This document shows positions 45,741 to 55,893 of a stretch of 64,000 bases of DNA, piece by piece; within the stretch, counting starts at the first letter, position 1; each line of letters begins with the position of its first letter. A program made the translations under genes and the position numbers. Below the pieces are notes generated by a model that saw only the letters and a program-made list of their open reading frames with translations, did no database searches and had not been told where the DNA came from. The stretch comes from a candidate division WOR-3 bacterium (GTDB taxonomy: Bacteria > Hydrothermota > Tepidihabitantia > Tepidihabitantales > Tepidihabitantaceae), in the NCBI GenBank assembly GCA_965649225.1, contig CBFGJX010000006.1, forward strand, positions 44,129 through 108,128, given 5' to 3'.

Positions 45741-47224
45741 CTGGGTTCGACCAGGAGCTTGAAATCGGTCGGCTGCATCAGATAGTCGGTCTTGACATCA
45801 ATCGCCAGCTCATAACGCCGGGCGAACTCACTCAGGCGGTCGTACCACTCGGTGGTCAGAAAATCGGTAATCGCCGGTGCTGCCAGTATTCGCAACCGCC
45901 GCCCGCGCAGTTTTGCCAGTCGGGTCAGGATCTGGCGTTCGATTTTCATCGCCACCTCGGCTCGCGACCGTACCCGACCGGTACCCTTGCAACTCGGGCA
46001 GATTTCGTGCATCGCGTGCATCATCCCCGGCCGGGTCCGTTCCCGTGTCATCTCCAGCAGCCCGAAGCGGCTCATTTTGGAAAAGTCCGACTTGGCCCGG
46101 TCATTGGCGAGGTGAAGCTTCAGTTCGTTGATGACCTGCTCGGTATTCTTCGGGTCTTCCATGTCGATAAAGTCGATGATCAGCAGCCCGGCCAGGTCAC
46201 GCAGCCGGATCTGGCGGGCGATTTCGGCCGCTGCCTCAAGATTGGTCTGCAGTATCAGCCGTTCCGGATCATCCTCGCGCGCGGAACGGCCGGTGTTGAC
46301 GTCAATCGCCACCATCGCCTCGGTCTGGTCGATGGTGATGAACCCGCCCGATTTCAGCCAGATTCGCTTCTGAAAAACCCGTTCGAGTTCGGCCTCGACG
46401 CCGGTCTGCTCCAGCAACGGTACTTCGCCTTTGTACAGCTCAACCCGGCGCCGGATCGAAGGCGCCACCCGGCTCAGATACTCGGTGATCTCCCGATAGG
46501 CAGCTTCGTTGTCGACGATCATCTTCTCGACATCGGAGCCGAACTGGTCGCGGACCAGTTTCACTCCGATTGACGGCTCCTCATACACCACCGCCGGTGG
46601 TTTCGCCGCCTCGGCCCGGGCCCGGGTTTCTTCCCAGATTCGCTCGAGTCCCTCGTATTCGGCCCGCAGGTCCTCCGGTCGCGCCTCCTCGGCCAGCGTC
46701 CGGATGATCAGCCCGGCGTGGGGCGACTTCACTTTCCGCAATGCTTCCCGCAGCCGGCTGCGCACGCGCCGGTCGCGGATTCGTCGCGAAATTCCGATCC
46801 GCTGGCCATTGGGAAAATAAACCAGATAACGGCCCGGGATCGAAACGTAAGACGTCAGCCGTGCTCCCTTTTCGGCAAACGGGTCCTTGACGACCTGGAC
46901 CAGTATCTCCTCGCCCTCTTCAATCGTTATGGTGCGGGGCTCGGACTTGCCTTTGCCGGACTTCTCTTCATCTTCGTCATCGAGTGCGTCGAATTCCGGT
47001 ATCTCAACCAGCGGTAGAAAACCGTTCTTGCGCAGCCCGATATTGACAAAAGCACCGCGCAGACCCTTGACAACATTCTCCACCCGACCCTTGTAGATCC
47101 GGCCGACAAGATTCTGCGTCTCCTCCCGCTCGATGTAGAACTCAACCAGCCGGTCGTTCTCGATGATCGCGACCCGCGTCTCCCACTCGTTGGCGCTCAA
47201 GACGATCTTTGTCCTGACCTTCAT
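45737..47224 (-). CDS. rng: Rne/Rng-family ribonuclease (RNase G-size)
   Basis: GRIYKGRV S1 domain, KGARLT, IDVNTG, IIDFIDM and CPSC-x-G-x-G motifs. Confidence 0.92.
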   Translation of the reverse strand: MKVRTKIVLSANEWETRVAIIENDRLVEFYIEREETQNLVGRIYKGRVENVVKGLRGAFVNIGLRKNGFLPLVEIPEFDALDDEDEEKSGKGKSEPRTITIEEGEEILVQVVKDPFAEKGARLTSYVSIPGRYLVYFPNGQRIGISRRIRDRRVRSRLREALRKVKSPHAGLIIRTLAEEARPEDLRAEYEGLERIWEETRARAEAAKPPAVVYEEPSIGVKLVRDQFGSDVEKMIVDNEAAYREITEYLSRVAPSIRRRVELYKGEVPLLEQTGVEAELERVFQKRIWLKSGGFITIDQTEAMVAIDVNTGRSAREDDPERLILQTNLEAAAEIARQIRLRDLAGLLIIDFIDMEDPKNTEQVINELKLHLANDRAKSDFSKMSRFGLLEMTRERTRPGMMHAMHEICPSCKGTGRVRSRAEVAMKIERQILTRLAKLRGRRLRILAAPAITDFLTTEWYDRLSEFARRYELAIDVKTDYLMQPTDFKLLVEPS

Positions 47225-47227
47225 CCG

Positions 47228-49654
47228 TCAATCCTCCAGCGGCGTGCACAGCCGTTCCGCTGTGGCCGCAAAACACTCAATTCGCCGGACCCGCAAACAG
47301 CGTGCCTCGGCCTCACTTATCGCAAACAGCTTTGCCAGTGTCGCAAACAGCTTCACGCCCGCCTCGACCGCAAGATCCAGCCGGATAAAACCGGCGGCAG
47401 TGGCACTGGCCTGCCGAACTCCCTCAAGCCGACCCGCCTGCTGACACAGTTCGTCAGCCGCCGCCGCACCCGCCGGCGGCACGACCTCATAGCGGGCAAC
47501 ATTGATGATACTGCCCAGCGAAGGGGCGTTGCGGGGCAGCAGCCGGGCGGCAACCACCCGCAGCCCGCGCGGCAGAAACGCTCCAAGGTCCCGGACAATG
47601 TTGCCGGTGTAGTGGTAGCCGAGAAACACATCGCAGTACTCACCGTCAGAGGTAGCACCAACCGGCAACGGCGGACCAAAGGAAAGCATCGGTTTCGGTG
47701 CGAAACCACGGGTATAGGCAACCGGCAGCTCGCTGCGGCGCAGCGAGCGGTAAAACGCCCGCACCCGGTCAAGATGCGCCGCAAACCGGAAACTCTCTTC
47801 GACCGTGTACTTCAGCCGGAAGCGGTTGCGCAGCTCCGCTGTCTCGGCACCAGCCCGTGCCCGGCGGGCGTAGACGCCGGTCGCGCCCCCGGGCTCGGTA
47901 ACGGGTGCCGGTGGTGGCCGGCGGTCCGGGCAGACTCCACACCCGCTGCAGCCGGCATCCGGGCAGGCCGGTGTCGGCACACCGGCAAGGGCGCGCTCGT
48001 ACTCTCTTTGCAGAAACTGACGACTGACGCCGATGTCAACGACGTCCCAGGGCAACGGTTGTCCCGGCAGCTTTTCGGCCAGAACCTCATCCGGGTCAAT
48101 TCCCAGCTCGCTGCAGGCCCGTTGCCAGAGGTCAAACCGAAAGTACTCGGTCCACTCCTGAAACACGCCCCCGGCGCGGTAGACGTGCTCGATCACCGCG
48201 CCCACCCGCTCGTCACCACGCGCCAGCAGCGCCTGAACCCAGGAACTCTCGGGGTTCTCCCACTTCAGCCGAATGTTACGCCTTCTGATCCCGGTCCGCA
48301 GCCGCTCGAGCTTCGCCCGCGTCTGCTCAACAGCCGCAAAACCAGCCCACTGCAACGGCGTATGTGGCTTGGGCACGAACGGGCTCAGATTGAAGCGAAC
48401 CGGCCGCCCCCGACAAAGCTGACCGACTTCGTTGACAAAACGTCCGATTTCATCAACGTCGGCTTCGGTCTCGCCGGGCAGACCGATCATGAAATAAAGC
48501 TTCACCCCATTCCAGCCCGCGTCCAGCGCGTTGCGCACCGATTCCAGGATTCGTAGCTCTGATATGTGCTTGTTGATTACTCCCCGCAGCCGGTCGCTGG
48601 CAGTCTCCGGGGCAAACGTCAGGCCGGCCTTCTTCACCTCTTGCAGATTGAAGGCGAGCTCGGGCGAGAAATCCTCGCCCCGGGTGGACGGCAGCGAAAT
48701 CGAAACCCGCCGCTCGCGCAGCCGACCATTCAGCCGCTGCACCAGCTCCAGAATATCGGGATAGTCCAGTGCCGAAAGTGCCAGCAGCGACACCTCGTCC
48801 CAGCCGGTAGCTCGAATACCGCGCTCGGCGATACGGACGATCTGCTCAATGTCCCGGTAACGGGTCGGCCGATTCATCATCCCGGCCTGGCAGAAGCGGC
48901 AGCCGCGCAGGCAGCCGCGGGCAATCTCAACCGTCAGCCGGTCGTGCGTCACTTCGCAGACTGGAACCAGCGGCGGAAACGGAAAATCCTCTTCCCGGAG
49001 CACCGCCACCGTCCGGCGGCGAACACTGCCCGGCACGCGCGGGCTGACGCTCGGGACGTAGACTCCTTCCAGCCGCGCCAGCTGCCCCAGCAGGTCGGAC
49101 CGCTGCCAGCGTCCCTTTTCGGCAAAGAGTGTACTGATTTCACGCACCGGCTCCTCGCCGTCACCAATGACGAACACGTCCACAAACTCCTGCCACGGCA
49201 GCGGATTGGCCGCCACTGGCCCGCCCGCCACCACCAGCGGGAACCGATCATCGCGTTCCGTTCGCCGCAGCGGAATCTGGGCCAAGTCAAGTAAATAGGG
49301 CAGATTGGCGGCGGAGAGTTCACTCTGCAGCGATACGCCGAGAATATCAAAGTCCCGGACCGGCCGCTTCGACTCCAGGGCATAAAGCGGCAGTCCGCGG
49401 GCGAGCATGATGCTGCCCAGGTCCGGCCACGGAGCGAAGACCCGGTCACAAACCGCGCCCTCGATCCGGTTAATCACACTGTAGAGCACCCGCAGCCCGT
49501 AGTTGGACATGCCGATCTCATAAACCTCGGGCATGCCGAGAACCCAGCTCACACGGGCATTGTCGGGGTCGCGGGACAGGGCGTTGTATTCGCCGCCGGT
49601 GTATCGGATCGGTCTGGTTACGAGGGGTAGAACCTCGCTGATTCTTTCATCCAT
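47228..49654 (-). CDS. TIGR03960-type B12-binding radical SAM protein fused to DUF2344 (TIGR03936) domain
   Basis: P-x-RY-x-GGE, YEIGMS, RGCLRGCRFCQAG, TFAPE and C-terminal HLD-x6-R...YTRGFAPKP motifs; start ATG 49654 after TTGACT-N16-TAGTAT. Confidence 0.88.
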   Translation of the reverse strand: MDERISEVLPLVTRPIRYTGGEYNALSRDPDNARVSWVLGMPEVYEIGMSNYGLRVLYSVINRIEGAVCDRVFAPWPDLGSIMLARGLPLYALESKRPVRDFDILGVSLQSELSAANLPYLLDLAQIPLRRTERDDRFPLVVAGGPVAANPLPWQEFVDVFVIGDGEEPVREISTLFAEKGRWQRSDLLGQLARLEGVYVPSVSPRVPGSVRRRTVAVLREEDFPFPPLVPVCEVTHDRLTVEIARGCLRGCRFCQAGMMNRPTRYRDIEQIVRIAERGIRATGWDEVSLLALSALDYPDILELVQRLNGRLRERRVSISLPSTRGEDFSPELAFNLQEVKKAGLTFAPETASDRLRGVINKHISELRILESVRNALDAGWNGVKLYFMIGLPGETEADVDEIGRFVNEVGQLCRGRPVRFNLSPFVPKPHTPLQWAGFAAVEQTRAKLERLRTGIRRRNIRLKWENPESSWVQALLARGDERVGAVIEHVYRAGGVFQEWTEYFRFDLWQRACSELGIDPDEVLAEKLPGQPLPWDVVDIGVSRQFLQREYERALAGVPTPACPDAGCSGCGVCPDRRPPPAPVTEPGGATGVYARRARAGAETAELRNRFRLKYTVEESFRFAAHLDRVRAFYRSLRRSELPVAYTRGFAPKPMLSFGPPLPVGATSDGEYCDVFLGYHYTGNIVRDLGAFLPRGLRVVAARLLPRNAPSLGSIINVARYEVVPPAGAAAADELCQQAGRLEGVRQASATAAGFIRLDLAVEAGVKLFATLAKLFAISEAEARCLRVRRIECFAATAERLCTPLED

Positions 49655-49845
49655 CAGCCGCTTGGCCAATACTAGCTGCGACCGCAGACGAGTCAAGCCA
49701 CCGGCATCGTCGTTCAATCAGTTTCACAGTCAGCGACTCTGCTGACCCTGCCGTGCGAATCATTACTGGTTTCAACCGGACCGGCCGTCTTCGGCCGACG
49801 GCGGATACCTTTTCCTGCACCAGTGGGCAGTCTCGCAATGTCGAC

Positions 49846-50862
49846 TCAAACACCGCCCAGAAACCGGTCGAACTCATCCAGCCAGTCAGCAGTTGTCCTG
49901 CCGGCGGCAACTGCTTTTGTCAGTACGGCCCGGGCCGATTCGGCATCCAGTGGCGTCCAGCGCGTCCAGCGCGTCGGCCCGTAGTTCTGGTAGCCCTCGA
50001 GCGCTGCCGGTCGCTGCCCCAGCATCTCGGCCGCAGTCGCCAGCCGGACCTTGCCGCCGGCCGCCCGGTCAAAAACCAGCCGGTAGAACGCCGGGTAGCG
50101 ATAGTCGCGAGCCAGGTGGTGATCAATCACCAGTTCCTTGAGTCCCGGCGCCGAGAGGATTCGGATGGTATTGATGATACTCTGCACCAGTTCGTGATCG
50201 GCGGCGAACTGCCCGAGCTGGTAGGTGGGATAGCCGTCCAGTACAACCGTTGACGGACGTGCCTGGCAGATCAGCTCCGCCGTCGCCCGGCTGACCGGGC
50301 CGCAGACATCGCTCGTCACGATTACCTTTTCCCTGCCGCGGCTGATCTCAGTCATGATCACCCGGCCCGGCTCGGCATCCTCGGCCCCGTGCGGTACCGC
50401 TGCCGAGAACGCCACCATCGTGCGGCCGAAACGAAACCGGCGGCCGTCGGCAATGATCAGTTCCTTCGGCAGCCCGTCAATTGTCTGAAACAACCGCCGC
50501 GCCGCTTCGGCCTGCCGCGCCGGCAGATCATCGGGGTCTTTGGCAAATACCACCCGGTCGCGATAAAGCGCAGGGTCACGACGCTCAAGAAAGTGGTCAA
50601 GATGATAATGGGACACTACCAGGACATCGGCATCGCGCCCGGCGGCGTAGATTGCCGCCTCGTACCGACCGGCCAGCTCCTCCCGCTGCGCGAGCGGCAG
50701 CGGGAAACTGTCCGGCTCTACCGAACACCCCGGGTCAATCAGCAGTTTGACATCGGGGGTGGCAATCCCGACACAGGCGGCCTTGACGCCGAGAGAATCG
50801 AACGCAAGGTACCCAACCCGGACCTGCGGACCTTGGCGAATGACCGGGTCGGTCAGCTTCAT
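49846..50862 (-). CDS. UPF0282-like metallo-beta-lactamase-fold protein
   Basis: FDSLGVK, IDPG, SHYHLDH, ADGR, PHG, SDVCGP and DHHLARD motifs. Confidence 0.75.
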   Translation of the reverse strand: MKLTDPVIRQGPQVRVGYLAFDSLGVKAACVGIATPDVKLLIDPGCSVEPDSFPLPLAQREELAGRYEAAIYAAGRDADVLVVSHYHLDHFLERRDPALYRDRVVFAKDPDDLPARQAEAARRLFQTIDGLPKELIIADGRRFRFGRTMVAFSAAVPHGAEDAEPGRVIMTEISRGREKVIVTSDVCGPVSRATAELICQARPSTVVLDGYPTYQLGQFAADHELVQSIINTIRILSAPGLKELVIDHHLARDYRYPAFYRLVFDRAAGGKVRLATAAEMLGQRPAALEGYQNYGPTRWTRWTPLDAESARAVLTKAVAAGRTTADWLDEFDRFLGGV

Positions 50863-51665
50863 CGACCGACAAGCACCAGCAGATGGTAGAACGCCGGCAG
50901 GACGAACAGCAGGCTGTCGACACGGTCGAGGAATCCGCCGTGCTCACCCAGCAGCCGGGAACTGTCTTTCATGCCGACTGCCCGCTTGAAAGTCGACTCA
51001 AACAGGTCCCCGGCCTGACCCAGTGTCGCCAGCGCCATCCCGACCGCAACCAGCCACCACCAAGGGCCGGCACCGAACGGTCGCAGCCTGCCGAGCAGAA
51101 GCCCGGTGGCGATGCCCGAAGCCGCCAGTGCTGCGACATAACCCTCAACCGTCTTCTTCGGACTGACCTGCGGGGCAAGCGGACGACGTCCAATCAACGT
51201 GCCCACCAGCCAGGCAGCGCTGTCGGCGAGCCAGGTGATGCCCAGCGGGAAAAATGCCACCCAGCCGGACCAGCCGCGCTCTGCGACCAGATTGCGCAGC
51301 AGCACCAGATGCGCCGGCAGAAAACCGAGATAGAAAACGACAAATGCTCCATAGACAAACACCCGCGGTCGAGTCTCGCGTTCGGCGACCGAGAACAGCC
51401 ACACTGCCCCGACAGCGGCAATCAGGCCAGCCGGCAACAGACCAAACCATGCCGCAATCACCAGCAGCAGATTGGCACCGACCAGCAGCCATCGGCTCAA
51501 CACAATCTCGGCCTGTCGGAGAATTGTCAGAAACTCGATTGTCGCAACCGTTGACCACACTGCCACGACCATGGCCGTGACCGGCGGGGGCAGAAAAATC
51601 GCCGCCGAAACCACGGTCCCCAGCGCCAGCCCGACCACCAGCCGCTGCAATAGCCTAGTCTTCAT
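50859..51665 (-). CDS. cdsA: phosphatidate cytidylyltransferase
   Basis: SPKKTVEG and GDLFES-x-FKR-x4-KDS-x2-L-x2-HGG-x-LDR-x-DS motifs. Confidence 0.95.
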   Translation of the reverse strand: MKTRLLQRLVVGLALGTVVSAAIFLPPPVTAMVVAVWSTVATIEFLTILRQAEIVLSRWLLVGANLLLVIAAWFGLLPAGLIAAVGAVWLFSVAERETRPRVFVYGAFVVFYLGFLPAHLVLLRNLVAERGWSGWVAFFPLGITWLADSAAWLVGTLIGRRPLAPQVSPKKTVEGYVAALAASGIATGLLLGRLRPFGAGPWWWLVAVGMALATLGQAGDLFESTFKRAVGMKDSSRLLGEHGGFLDRVDSLLFVLPAFYHLLVLVGR

Positions 51666-52356
51666 CAATCCGTCCGAACCGCCGGCGCCGCTGGCGGTAG
51701 TCGGCGAGTGCCTCTTTGATACCGGCTGCTCGGAAATCAGGCCAGAGCACGTCGGTGAAATAGAACTCGGTATAGGCGCACTGCCAGAGCAGGAAGTTCG
51801 AAATCCGCCGCTCGCCGCCGGTCCGGATGAGCAGGTCGGGGTCAGGCAGCCCTGGTTCATACAACAGTCGGGCAAACCCGGCTTCGGTACGGGGTGCCCG
51901 ACCCGATTCGACCGCCCGCCGACAGGCATCAAGTATCTCCGCCCTGCCGCCATAGGAAATTGCCAGCGTCAGCGTCAGGCCGGTATTGTTCCGGGTCAGT
52001 TCAATCAGCCGGTTGAGCGCATCCTGAAGCCGACGCGGCAGGTCCTCACTGCGCCCGATCGAACGAACCCGGATGTTGTTACGCATCAGCCCCGGCCCCT
52101 CGGCATCAATCGTCGCCGCCATCAGCTTCATCAGCAGGTCAACCTCGGTTTTCGGCCGCAGCCAGTTTTCCGTCGAAAAGCTGTAAGCGGTCAGAAATCG
52201 GACCGGGGTGTCCTTGAGATACTCAACGACATCGTGCAGCGCCCGCACCCCCTCACGGTGACCGACTCCCCTTGGCAGGCCCCGCCGGCGCGCCCAGCGG
52301 CCGTTACCGTCCATGATTACCGCAATGTGGTCGGGAACCGGGCTGAGCTTGGTCAT
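51655..52356 (-). CDS. uppS: undecaprenyl diphosphate synthase
   Basis: HIAVIMDGNGRWA, FSTENW-x-RP, YGGR and RTGGE-x-RISNFLLWQ motifs. Confidence 0.96.
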   Translation of the reverse strand: MTKLSPVPDHIAVIMDGNGRWARRRGLPRGVGHREGVRALHDVVEYLKDTPVRFLTAYSFSTENWLRPKTEVDLLMKLMAATIDAEGPGLMRNNIRVRSIGRSEDLPRRLQDALNRLIELTRNNTGLTLTLAISYGGRAEILDACRRAVESGRAPRTEAGFARLLYEPGLPDPDLLIRTGGERRISNFLLWQCAYTEFYFTDVLWPDFRAAGIKEALADYRQRRRRFGRIDED

Positions 52357-52396
52357 GCTCTCCTCCCCGCCGGGCGGCACCCGGGCGCGGAACCGG

Positions 52397-52954
52397 CTAC
52401 TGCTCCATTATCTCGGCTTCCTTGCGCCGGAGCAGTTCGTCGAGTTTCTTGATGAACTCGTCGGTCATCTCCTGGACCTTCTTGACGGCAAGCTTGGAGT
52501 CGTCCTCGGAGATCTTTTTATCCTTCTCCAGCCGCTTGATCGCCTCATTGGCTTCGCGACGGACGTTTCGGACTGCCACCCGGGCATCCTCGGTCAGCTT
52601 GCCGCAGAGCTTGGCCAGCTCGCGGCGGCGCTCCTCGGTCAGCGGCGGTATCGGGATTCGGATCAGGTTGGCCTCAACCTTTGGCACCAGTCCGAGCTCG
52701 GCCCGCAGTATCGCCTTCTCAATCTCGGGCAGCAGGCTACGGTCCCACGGCTGAACCGTCAGCTGACGCGGCTCCGGCGCCGACACCGATGCTACCTGCT
52801 TCAAGGGCGTCGGGGTATCGTAGTAGTTCACCCGAACCCCATCCAGAATCGCCGGATTGGCCCGCGAGGTCCGGATACGGGAAAACTCTCCCTCCAGCAC
52901 CTCGATTGATTTGACCATCTTGGCGCGGTACTCGGCATAAAGTTTTTCTAGCAT
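52397..52954 (-). CDS. frr: ribosome recycling factor
   Basis: IRTSRA, PPLTEERR and RVAVRNVRR motifs. Confidence 0.97.
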   Translation of the reverse strand: MLEKLYAEYRAKMVKSIEVLEGEFSRIRTSRANPAILDGVRVNYYDTPTPLKQVASVSAPEPRQLTVQPWDRSLLPEIEKAILRAELGLVPKVEANLIRIPIPPLTEERRRELAKLCGKLTEDARVAVRNVRREANEAIKRLEKDKKISEDDSKLAVKKVQEMTDEFIKKLDELLRRKEAEIMEQ

Positions 52955-53631
52955 ATCAGACTCCCCACTCTCTTTCCTTTGATGATGTCAGTAATCGCTC
53001 CGGGTCGGGCAACGTCAAAAACCACTATCGGTATCTGCCGCTCCAGACAAAACGCCAGTGCGGTGATGTCCATCACGTTCAACCGCTCGGCCAGCGCCTG
53101 CTGGTAGCTGAGCTGGCGGTAGAACTTTGCCGAACCGTCCCGCTCGGGGTCGGCAGAATAGACTCCAGCCACCCGGGTCGCCTTCAGAATACAGTCCAGA
53201 TTGAGCTCGGCGGCGCGCAGCGCCGCTGCCGAATCGGTGGAAAAGAACGGATTACCCGTCCCGCCGGAAAGCACCAGCACCCGGCCGTTTTCGAGCTCAT
53301 TCCGGGCCCGCCAGACATCGTAACCTTCGACCGTTCCCGGAATCGCCACTGCCGACAGGTGCCGGACCGGCACCTGTTGGCCGATCGTCTCGGCCAGCCG
53401 CATACCGTTGATCACCGTGGCCAGCATGCCGGCCTTGTCGGCAGTCACGCGGTCGAAGCGACCGGCGTCACGACCACGCAGGATATTGCCGCCGCCAACC
53501 ACAAGGGCAAACCGCGCGCCAGTCCGGCGCGCGGCAACAATCTGCTTTACGACCGCCGAAAGCAGGGCGTCCTGCTCGAAGACATTGCCCGACAGTTTGA
53601 GCAGAACCCGGCTGTAGCGGCGGCTACTCAC
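52948..53631 (-). CDS. pyrH: UMP kinase
   Basis: LLKLSG, GGGNILRG, GTGNPFFSTD and VMDITA motifs. Confidence 0.96.
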   Translation of the reverse strand: MSSRRYSRVLLKLSGNVFEQDALLSAVVKQIVAARRTGARFALVVGGGNILRGRDAGRFDRVTADKAGMLATVINGMRLAETIGQQVPVRHLSAVAIPGTVEGYDVWRARNELENGRVLVLSGGTGNPFFSTDSAAALRAAELNLDCILKATRVAGVYSADPERDGSAKFYRQLSYQQALAERLNVMDITALAFCLERQIPIVVFDVARPGAITDIIKGKRVGSLIC

Positions 53632-54217
53632 CCAGCTTGAAGCGGGAGAAACGCCGAATGACCATGTTTTCGCCGAACTTGGCGATGGTCTCCTTCAGGT
53701 AGTCGCCGACCGTCTTCTCCGGAGCCTTGACAAACGGCTGTTCCAGCAGACAAACGTCCGCATAGAACTTCTCCAGTTTGCCCTGCACTATCTTTTCAAT
53801 GATGGCTGCCGGTTTGCCCGACTGGGCGACCTGCTCCTCGTAAATGCGCTTCTCGCGGTCAACGACATCCTGCGGGACACCGTCGCGATCTATCGCCAAT
53901 GGATCGGAAGCGGCAATGTGCATCGCGATATCACGGACGAAACGACGGAACTCCTGGTTGCGGGCGACGAAATCGGTCTCGACGTCGACCTCAACCAGCA
54001 CACCCAGCCGTTCACCCGGATGGATATAGGCATCGATCACTCCGGCAGCGGTCGGCCGTTCGGCCCGCTTGGCTGCCTTGGCAACCCCGCGCTTGCGCAG
54101 AATCTCGATTGCCTTGTCGATATCGCCATCGGCTTCCTGCAGGGCGGTCTTGCACTCCATCATTCCGGCACCCGTACGGCGCCGCAGGTCGGCGACTTTC
54201 TCGGCCGACAGGCTCAC
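53624..54217 (-). CDS. tsf: elongation factor Ts (short form)
   Basis: [20 protein letters not shown] and LLEQPFVK motifs. Confidence 0.97.
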   Translation of the reverse strand: MSLSAEKVADLRRRTGAGMMECKTALQEADGDIDKAIEILRKRGVAKAAKRAERPTAAGVIDAYIHPGERLGVLVEVDVETDFVARNQEFRRFVRDIAMHIAASDPLAIDRDGVPQDVVDREKRIYEEQVAQSGKPAAIIEKIVQGKLEKFYADVCLLEQPFVKAPEKTVGDYLKETIAKFGENMVIRRFSRFKLGE

Positions 54218-54927
54218 TGGGCCTCCTCCGATTCGGTCTCGAACTGCTTGCGACCTTCCATCACCGCATCTGCAATCATACTGGCGACCAGACGGATCGA
54301 ACGCAGCGCATCGTCATTACCCGGAATCGGGAAATCAATTCCCTCCGGATCGCCGTTGGTGTCAATCAGTGCGATAATCGGTATCCGAACCCGCTTTGCC
54401 TCGGCAACCGCCGTAGCTTCGCGCACCGGGTCGACAACAAACAGCGCACCGGGCAGCCGGTCGAGACCACGCAGACCGCTAAAAACCCGTGCCAGCTTCT
54501 TCTGCTCGCGCTGCAACAACAGCGATTCCTTCTTGGTCGAACCAGCGAAATCACTGTCCCGCACCATCCGCTCCAGTTCTCCGAGACGGTTGATGCGGGT
54601 CGACACTACCTCAAAATTGGTCAACAGGCCGCCGATCCAGCGCTCGGTGACATAGGGTGCACCGCAACGCTCAGCTTCCTCGGTGATTATCGGGCGGGCC
54701 TGCTGTTTGGTTCCGACGAAGAGAATCTCCTTGCCGGCCTCGGTAATGTTGCGAGCGGCGTCGTACGCCAGCCGGATGCGTTCAAGACTTTTCTCGAGAT
54801 CAATGATGAAGATGCCCTGTCGCTTGCCGTAGATGAACGGCTTCATCTTCGGGTTCCACCGCCGGGAGTGGTGGCCGAAGTGAACGCCGGCCTCGAGCAG
54901 GCTCTTGATCGTTAACGTTTGACCCAC
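54214..54927 (-). CDS. rpsB: 30S ribosomal protein S2
   Basis: [24 protein letters not shown] and PGNDDA motifs. Confidence 0.97.
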   Translation of the reverse strand: MGQTLTIKSLLEAGVHFGHHSRRWNPKMKPFIYGKRQGIFIIDLEKSLERIRLAYDAARNITEAGKEILFVGTKQQARPIITEEAERCGAPYVTERWIGGLLTNFEVVSTRINRLGELERMVRDSDFAGSTKKESLLLQREQKKLARVFSGLRGLDRLPGALFVVDPVREATAVAEAKRVRIPIIALIDTNGDPEGIDFPIPGNDDALRSIRLVASMIADAVMEGRKQFETESEEAQ

Positions 54928-55301
54928 TGGAACCTCTTTCTCCTCTTCGCCAGCCCGTACTTCATTCGTTCTTTCTCGCGCGGGTCACGCTTGAGCAACT
55001 CGGCGCTCTTCAGGGTCTTGCGCAGCTCGGCGTTTTGAGCAACCAGTGCCCGCGCGATACCCAGCGAAACCGCCGCGGCCTGTGCCGAGAGCCCGCCCCC
55101 AGCCACCTCGCAGAGCAGACCGTACTGCCCGACGGTGGCGGTTGTTTTCAACGGCGCCAGCGCGACACTGATCAGATCGGTCCGGCCGAAATAGCTCTCA
55201 AGCGGCCGGCCATTGACAGTGTTTTCACTTCCGCCCGGAACCAGCCAGACCTTGGCAGTTGCGGTCTTGCGGCTTCCCGTGGCAAACAATCTGTTGTTCA
55301 T
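54912..55301 (-). CDS. rpsI: 30S ribosomal protein S9
   Basis: [13 protein letters not shown] and RDPREKER...QWVKR motifs. Confidence 0.96.
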   Translation of the reverse strand: MNNRLFATGSRKTATAKVWLVPGGSENTVNGRPLESYFGRTDLISVALAPLKTTATVGQYGLLCEVAGGGLSAQAAAVSLGIARALVAQNAELRKTLKSAELLKRDPREKERMKYGLAKRRKRFQWVKR

Positions 55302-55305
55302 AAAT

Positions 55306-55734
55306 CTAGTTCTTTACCGGTTCCGGCGACTGCGCCTGATGCTCATGTTCGGCCCCAAGATAGATATGCAGCCGGCGCATGCGGCGGTCCTGCAACCGGT
55401 TCTTCGGCAGCATCCGCTTCACCGCCAACTCCAGCGGCCGGGTCGGAAACCTCTCAACAACCTGACGATAAGTCAGCGTCTTCAAGCCCCCGGGGTAGAA
55501 AGAGTGACGGCGGTAAAGTTTCTCTTCGTACTTCTTACCGGTCACCTTTATCTCGGCGGCATTGATGACGACAACGTGATCGCCGGCATCGATGTGAGGC
55601 GTGTAGTTGGGCCGGTGCTTGCCCATCAGCAGCACCGCAATGCGCGTTGCCAGCCGGCCCAGCACCTCGCCCTTGGCGTCAATCAGATACCAGTTGCCCG
55701 GCAGATCAGCTTTTTTTGCAACAGTCGTCCTCAT
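55306..55734 (-). CDS. rplM: 50S ribosomal protein L13
   Basis: WYLIDA, LGRLA, GKHRP-x-YTPH-x-D-x-GD and MLPKN motifs. Confidence 0.97.
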   Translation of the reverse strand: MRTTVAKKADLPGNWYLIDAKGEVLGRLATRIAVLLMGKHRPNYTPHIDAGDHVVVINAAEIKVTGKKYEEKLYRRHSFYPGGLKTLTYRQVVERFPTRPLELAVKRMLPKNRLQDRRMRRLHIYLGAEHEHQAQSPEPVKN

Positions 55735-55893
55735 CGTAGCTTTCCTTATACCATAACAATAACTACTGTCAAGATTGAGCGGGCCGGTCTGCCCGCCGGG
55801 AAAGACATAATAACACAACCGGCCGGCAAATCAATAGCAACTTGCACCCGCCTGTCAACTCCGGAGCAATAAAGCTAACAGACCTAGATTCAA

